Source: Vulcanimicrobiota bacterium (GTDB taxonomy: Bacteria > Vulcanimicrobiota > Vulcanimicrobiia > Eremiobacterales > Eremiobacteraceae). From it: DNA of 64,000 nucleotides. Position 1 is the stretch's first letter. Every line of letters begins with the position of its first letter. Of the stretch, positions 61,915-64,000 are shown in pieces. The stretch is taken from assembly GCA_963812135.1 (NCBI GenBank), contig CAWETU010000005.1, positions 64,001-128,000 on the forward strand, in the 5' to 3' direction. The notes under the pieces are model-generated. The model was not told where the DNA came from, ran no database searches, and saw only the letters and a program-made list of their open reading frames with translations. Both the position numbers and the translations under genes were made by a program.

Positions 61915-62851
61915 GATCATCGTCGGTCAGGACGAAGCGATCTTCGCGCTGCAGGTCGCGCTGCTCAGCTCCGGCCATGCGTTGGTGGAAGGCGTGCCCG
62001 GCACCGCAAAGACGCTGCTCGTGCGCTTGCTCGCGCTGCTGCTCGGCGTCGAGTTCCGCCGCATCCAGTTCACTCCGGATCTGATGCCGTCCGACGTCGT
62101 GGGCACGACGGTCTTCAATCCGAAGTCCGGCGAGTTCTTCACGCGACGCGGGCCGATCTTCACGAACCTGCTGCTCGCCGACGAGATCAATCGCACGCCG
62201 CCCAAGACGCAATCGGCGTTGCTCGAAGCGATGGAGGAACGCCAAGTGACGATCGACGGGGTCTCCGCCGCGTTGCCGTCGCTGTTCATGGTGTGCGCCA
62301 CGCAGAATCCGGTGGAGTACGAGGGCACATACCCGCTGCCCGAAGCGCAACTCGACCGCTTCATGGTCAAGTGCCGCACGTCGTACCCGACGCCCGAAGA
62401 AGAGAGCCATCTTTTGGAGCGCGTCGCCGCCGGTTTTGACTCGCGCTATCTGGAGCGCGAGGGTATCGGTCCGGTCGTGACCGAGGGCGAGGTCGCGGCG
62501 GCGCGGCAAGACGTGCGCGCCGTTCACGTCTCGCCGGGCTTGCAGCAATACATCCGGCTCATCGTCAAGCAGACGCGCGATGCCGCCGACATCAGCCTCG
62601 GCGCAAGCCCGCGCGCAGGGATCCAATTGCTCGTCGCTACTCAGGCTGGGGCGGCTATCGAGGGACGCGACTTCGCTACGCCGGACGACGTCAAAGCGAC
62701 GGCGCCGCTCGTCTTGTCGCATCGGTTGCTCGTGCGGCCTGAAGCTGAAGTCGAGGGTCTGACCGCCGAGGACGTGGTGAAGCGCGTGCTCGACGCGGTG
62801 CCGGTTCCAAAGGAAGCGACGCCGACGACCGCAGCCGCCGCGGATGCGTGA
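61862..62851 (+). CDS. MoxR-family AAA+ ATPase
   Basis: GVPGTAKT, RIQFTPDLMPSD, LADEINRTPPKTQSALLEAM, ATQNPVEYEGTYPLPEAQLDRF. Confidence 0.95.
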   Translation: MAASASVVAQRLSGGLRKIIVGQDEAIFALQVALLSSGHALVEGVPGTAKTLLVRLLALLLGVEFRRIQFTPDLMPSDVVGTTVFNPKSGEFFTRRGPIFTNLLLADEINRTPPKTQSALLEAMEERQVTIDGVSAALPSLFMVCATQNPVEYEGTYPLPEAQLDRFMVKCRTSYPTPEEESHLLERVAAGFDSRYLEREGIGPVVTEGEVAAARQDVRAVHVSPGLQQYIRLIVKQTRDAADISLGASPRAGIQLLVATQAGAAIEGRDFATPDDVKATAPLVLSHRLLVRPEAEVEGLTAEDVVKRVLDAVPVPKEATPTTAAAADA

Positions 62852-64000
62852 TTCTCTCGCGCGCTCAGCGGCGCGCGCTCCCGCGAAAAAGATCAGATTC
62901 GACGCGGCGTTTCCATGGATCGCGCCGCGCTTCGTCGCGTGGCTGATCGCCGATGCGTGCGTGATCGCGCTGGGCGCGTTCTGGGCGCCGCTCGCCGCGC
63001 TCGGCGCGTTCGGATTGTTGGTGCTGCTCGGATTCGTGCTGGTGGACCTCGCGTCGGGTCCGCGCCGCGGTGACGTCGTGATGGCCCGCGAACCCGTCGA
63101 GCACCTCGCGCTGCGCTCGCCCGGCGCGTTGCGCTATTCGATCATCAACCGCAGCGCCGTGCCGATCCGCTATTCGATCGTCGATACGCCGGTCGACATG
63201 CTGCAGATGCCCGAGGAGCCCGTCGCAGGCATCGTCGGACCAGGGCGGCGCAAGGTCGTCGAGCTTGGAGTGACGCCGCTCGAGCGAGGCGATTGTCAGC
63301 TCGGCGACCTGTACGTCACGGTCGACAATCCGATGGGCCTGATCCGCCGCCGCTGGCGCATCTCAGATCCCACGGTTGCGCGCATATTCCCCGATCTCTC
63401 CGCGGTGGAACGCTACGGCATGCTGGCGCGCCGCGGCCGGCTCGTCGAAGCGGGCTTTCGCAAGCTGCGGCTGCGCGGCGGCGGCGGCGAGTTCGACAGC
63501 TTGCGCGAGTGGCAGCCCGACGACGAGTTCCGATCGATCGATTGGAAGGCCACAGCGCGGCGCAACAAGCTGATGGTCGCGCAGTACGACATCGAGCGCA
63601 GCCAGACGGTGATGCTGGTGCTCGACGCGGGCCGGTTGATGACGCCGCGCATCGGCGGACAGCGCAAATTCGATTTCGCCGTGACGGCGGCGCTGTCGGT
63701 CGCGTCCATCGCGTCGCTGGCCGACGACAAGGTCGGCGTGCTCGCGTTCGCGGGCGGCATCCGCGAGCACATCGCCCCGCGTTCGGGCAGCCGCCACGTC
63801 GCAGGCGTCGTGCAGCGCATCTACGATCTGCAGCCGCGCTTCGAAGAATCGGACTATGCGGGGGCCTTCGCGTACTTGCGCCGCCGCCAGCCCAAACGCA
63901 GCCTCGTCATCTTCTTCACCGACATGTTCGACCCGGTCGCATCGGCAAACGTCCTCGCCAACGTCGCGGTACTCTCGCCGCGCCATCTGGTGGTGTGCGT
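62844..64000 (+). CDS. DUF58 (vWA-like) protein, runs off window
   Basis: Manual translation: TM start, EFDSLREWQPDDEFRSIDWKATARRNKL, LVLDAGRLM. Confidence 0.85.
   Translation, partial: MRDSLARSAARAPAKKIRFDAAFPWIAPRFVAWLIADACVIALGAFWAPLAALGAFGLLVLLGFVLVDLASGPRRGDVVMAREPVEHLALRSPGALRYSIINRSAVPIRYSIVDTPVDMLQMPEEPVAGIVGPGRRKVVELGVTPLERGDCQLGDLYVTVDNPMGLIRRRWRISDPTVARIFPDLSAVERYGMLARRGRLVEAGFRKLRLRGGGGEFDSLREWQPDDEFRSIDWKATARRNKLMVAQYDIERSQTVMLVLDAGRLMTPRIGGQRKFDFAVTAALSVASIASLADDKVGVLAFAGGIREHIAPRSGSRHVAGVVQRIYDLQPRFEESDYAGAFAYLRRRQPKRSLVIFFTDMFDPVASANVLANVAVLSPRHLVVC

Noticed and set aside
58584..64000. MoxR/DUF58/DUF4350/DUF4129 operon as a novel system
   Set aside because: This gene set is a widespread, known conserved cluster, though its function is poorly defined

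Overview
A GC-rich, gene-dense bacterial chromosomal window with about 60 CDSs, one tRNA-Ser(TGA) and a TPP riboswitch. I found no CRISPR array, prophage or transposase. Gene content suggests a diderm soil bacterium, possibly Eremiobacterota-like; that taxonomy is an unverified inference. Most genes are housekeeping or metabolic: moeA (partial), pilT, serS, aceB, thiC, moaA, a Rieske/cytochrome b-c complex, msrB, gluconate 2-dehydrogenase, two glutamine-synthetase-family genes, fpg, pmm, nagA and a MoxR operon. The central ~18 kb (27003-45411) looks like a low-oxygen/metal-redox island. It holds a response regulator, a sensor-less Cys-containing kinase, xfp-ackA-usp-adh, a P1B-5 ATPase, pat, mgtA, a Cyc2-like cytochrome-porin coupled to a secreted CuA cupredoxin, and a ba3-type oxidase. 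The Cyc2-like/CuA/ba3 group is the best candidate for an undescribed system: a possible outer-membrane-to-O2 electron-uptake chain, perhaps for Fe(II) oxidation. Other notable signals: a GTAG-type REP palindrome family with five copies (two supply stop codons, one is translated inside a gene, and an inverted pair brackets a whole gene), a terminator just before the glnA RBS, and acyP starting 2 nt after a tRNA. Six +1 frameshifts in five genes, including essential serS, are most likely sequencing errors. All product calls come from motif recognition, not database searches.
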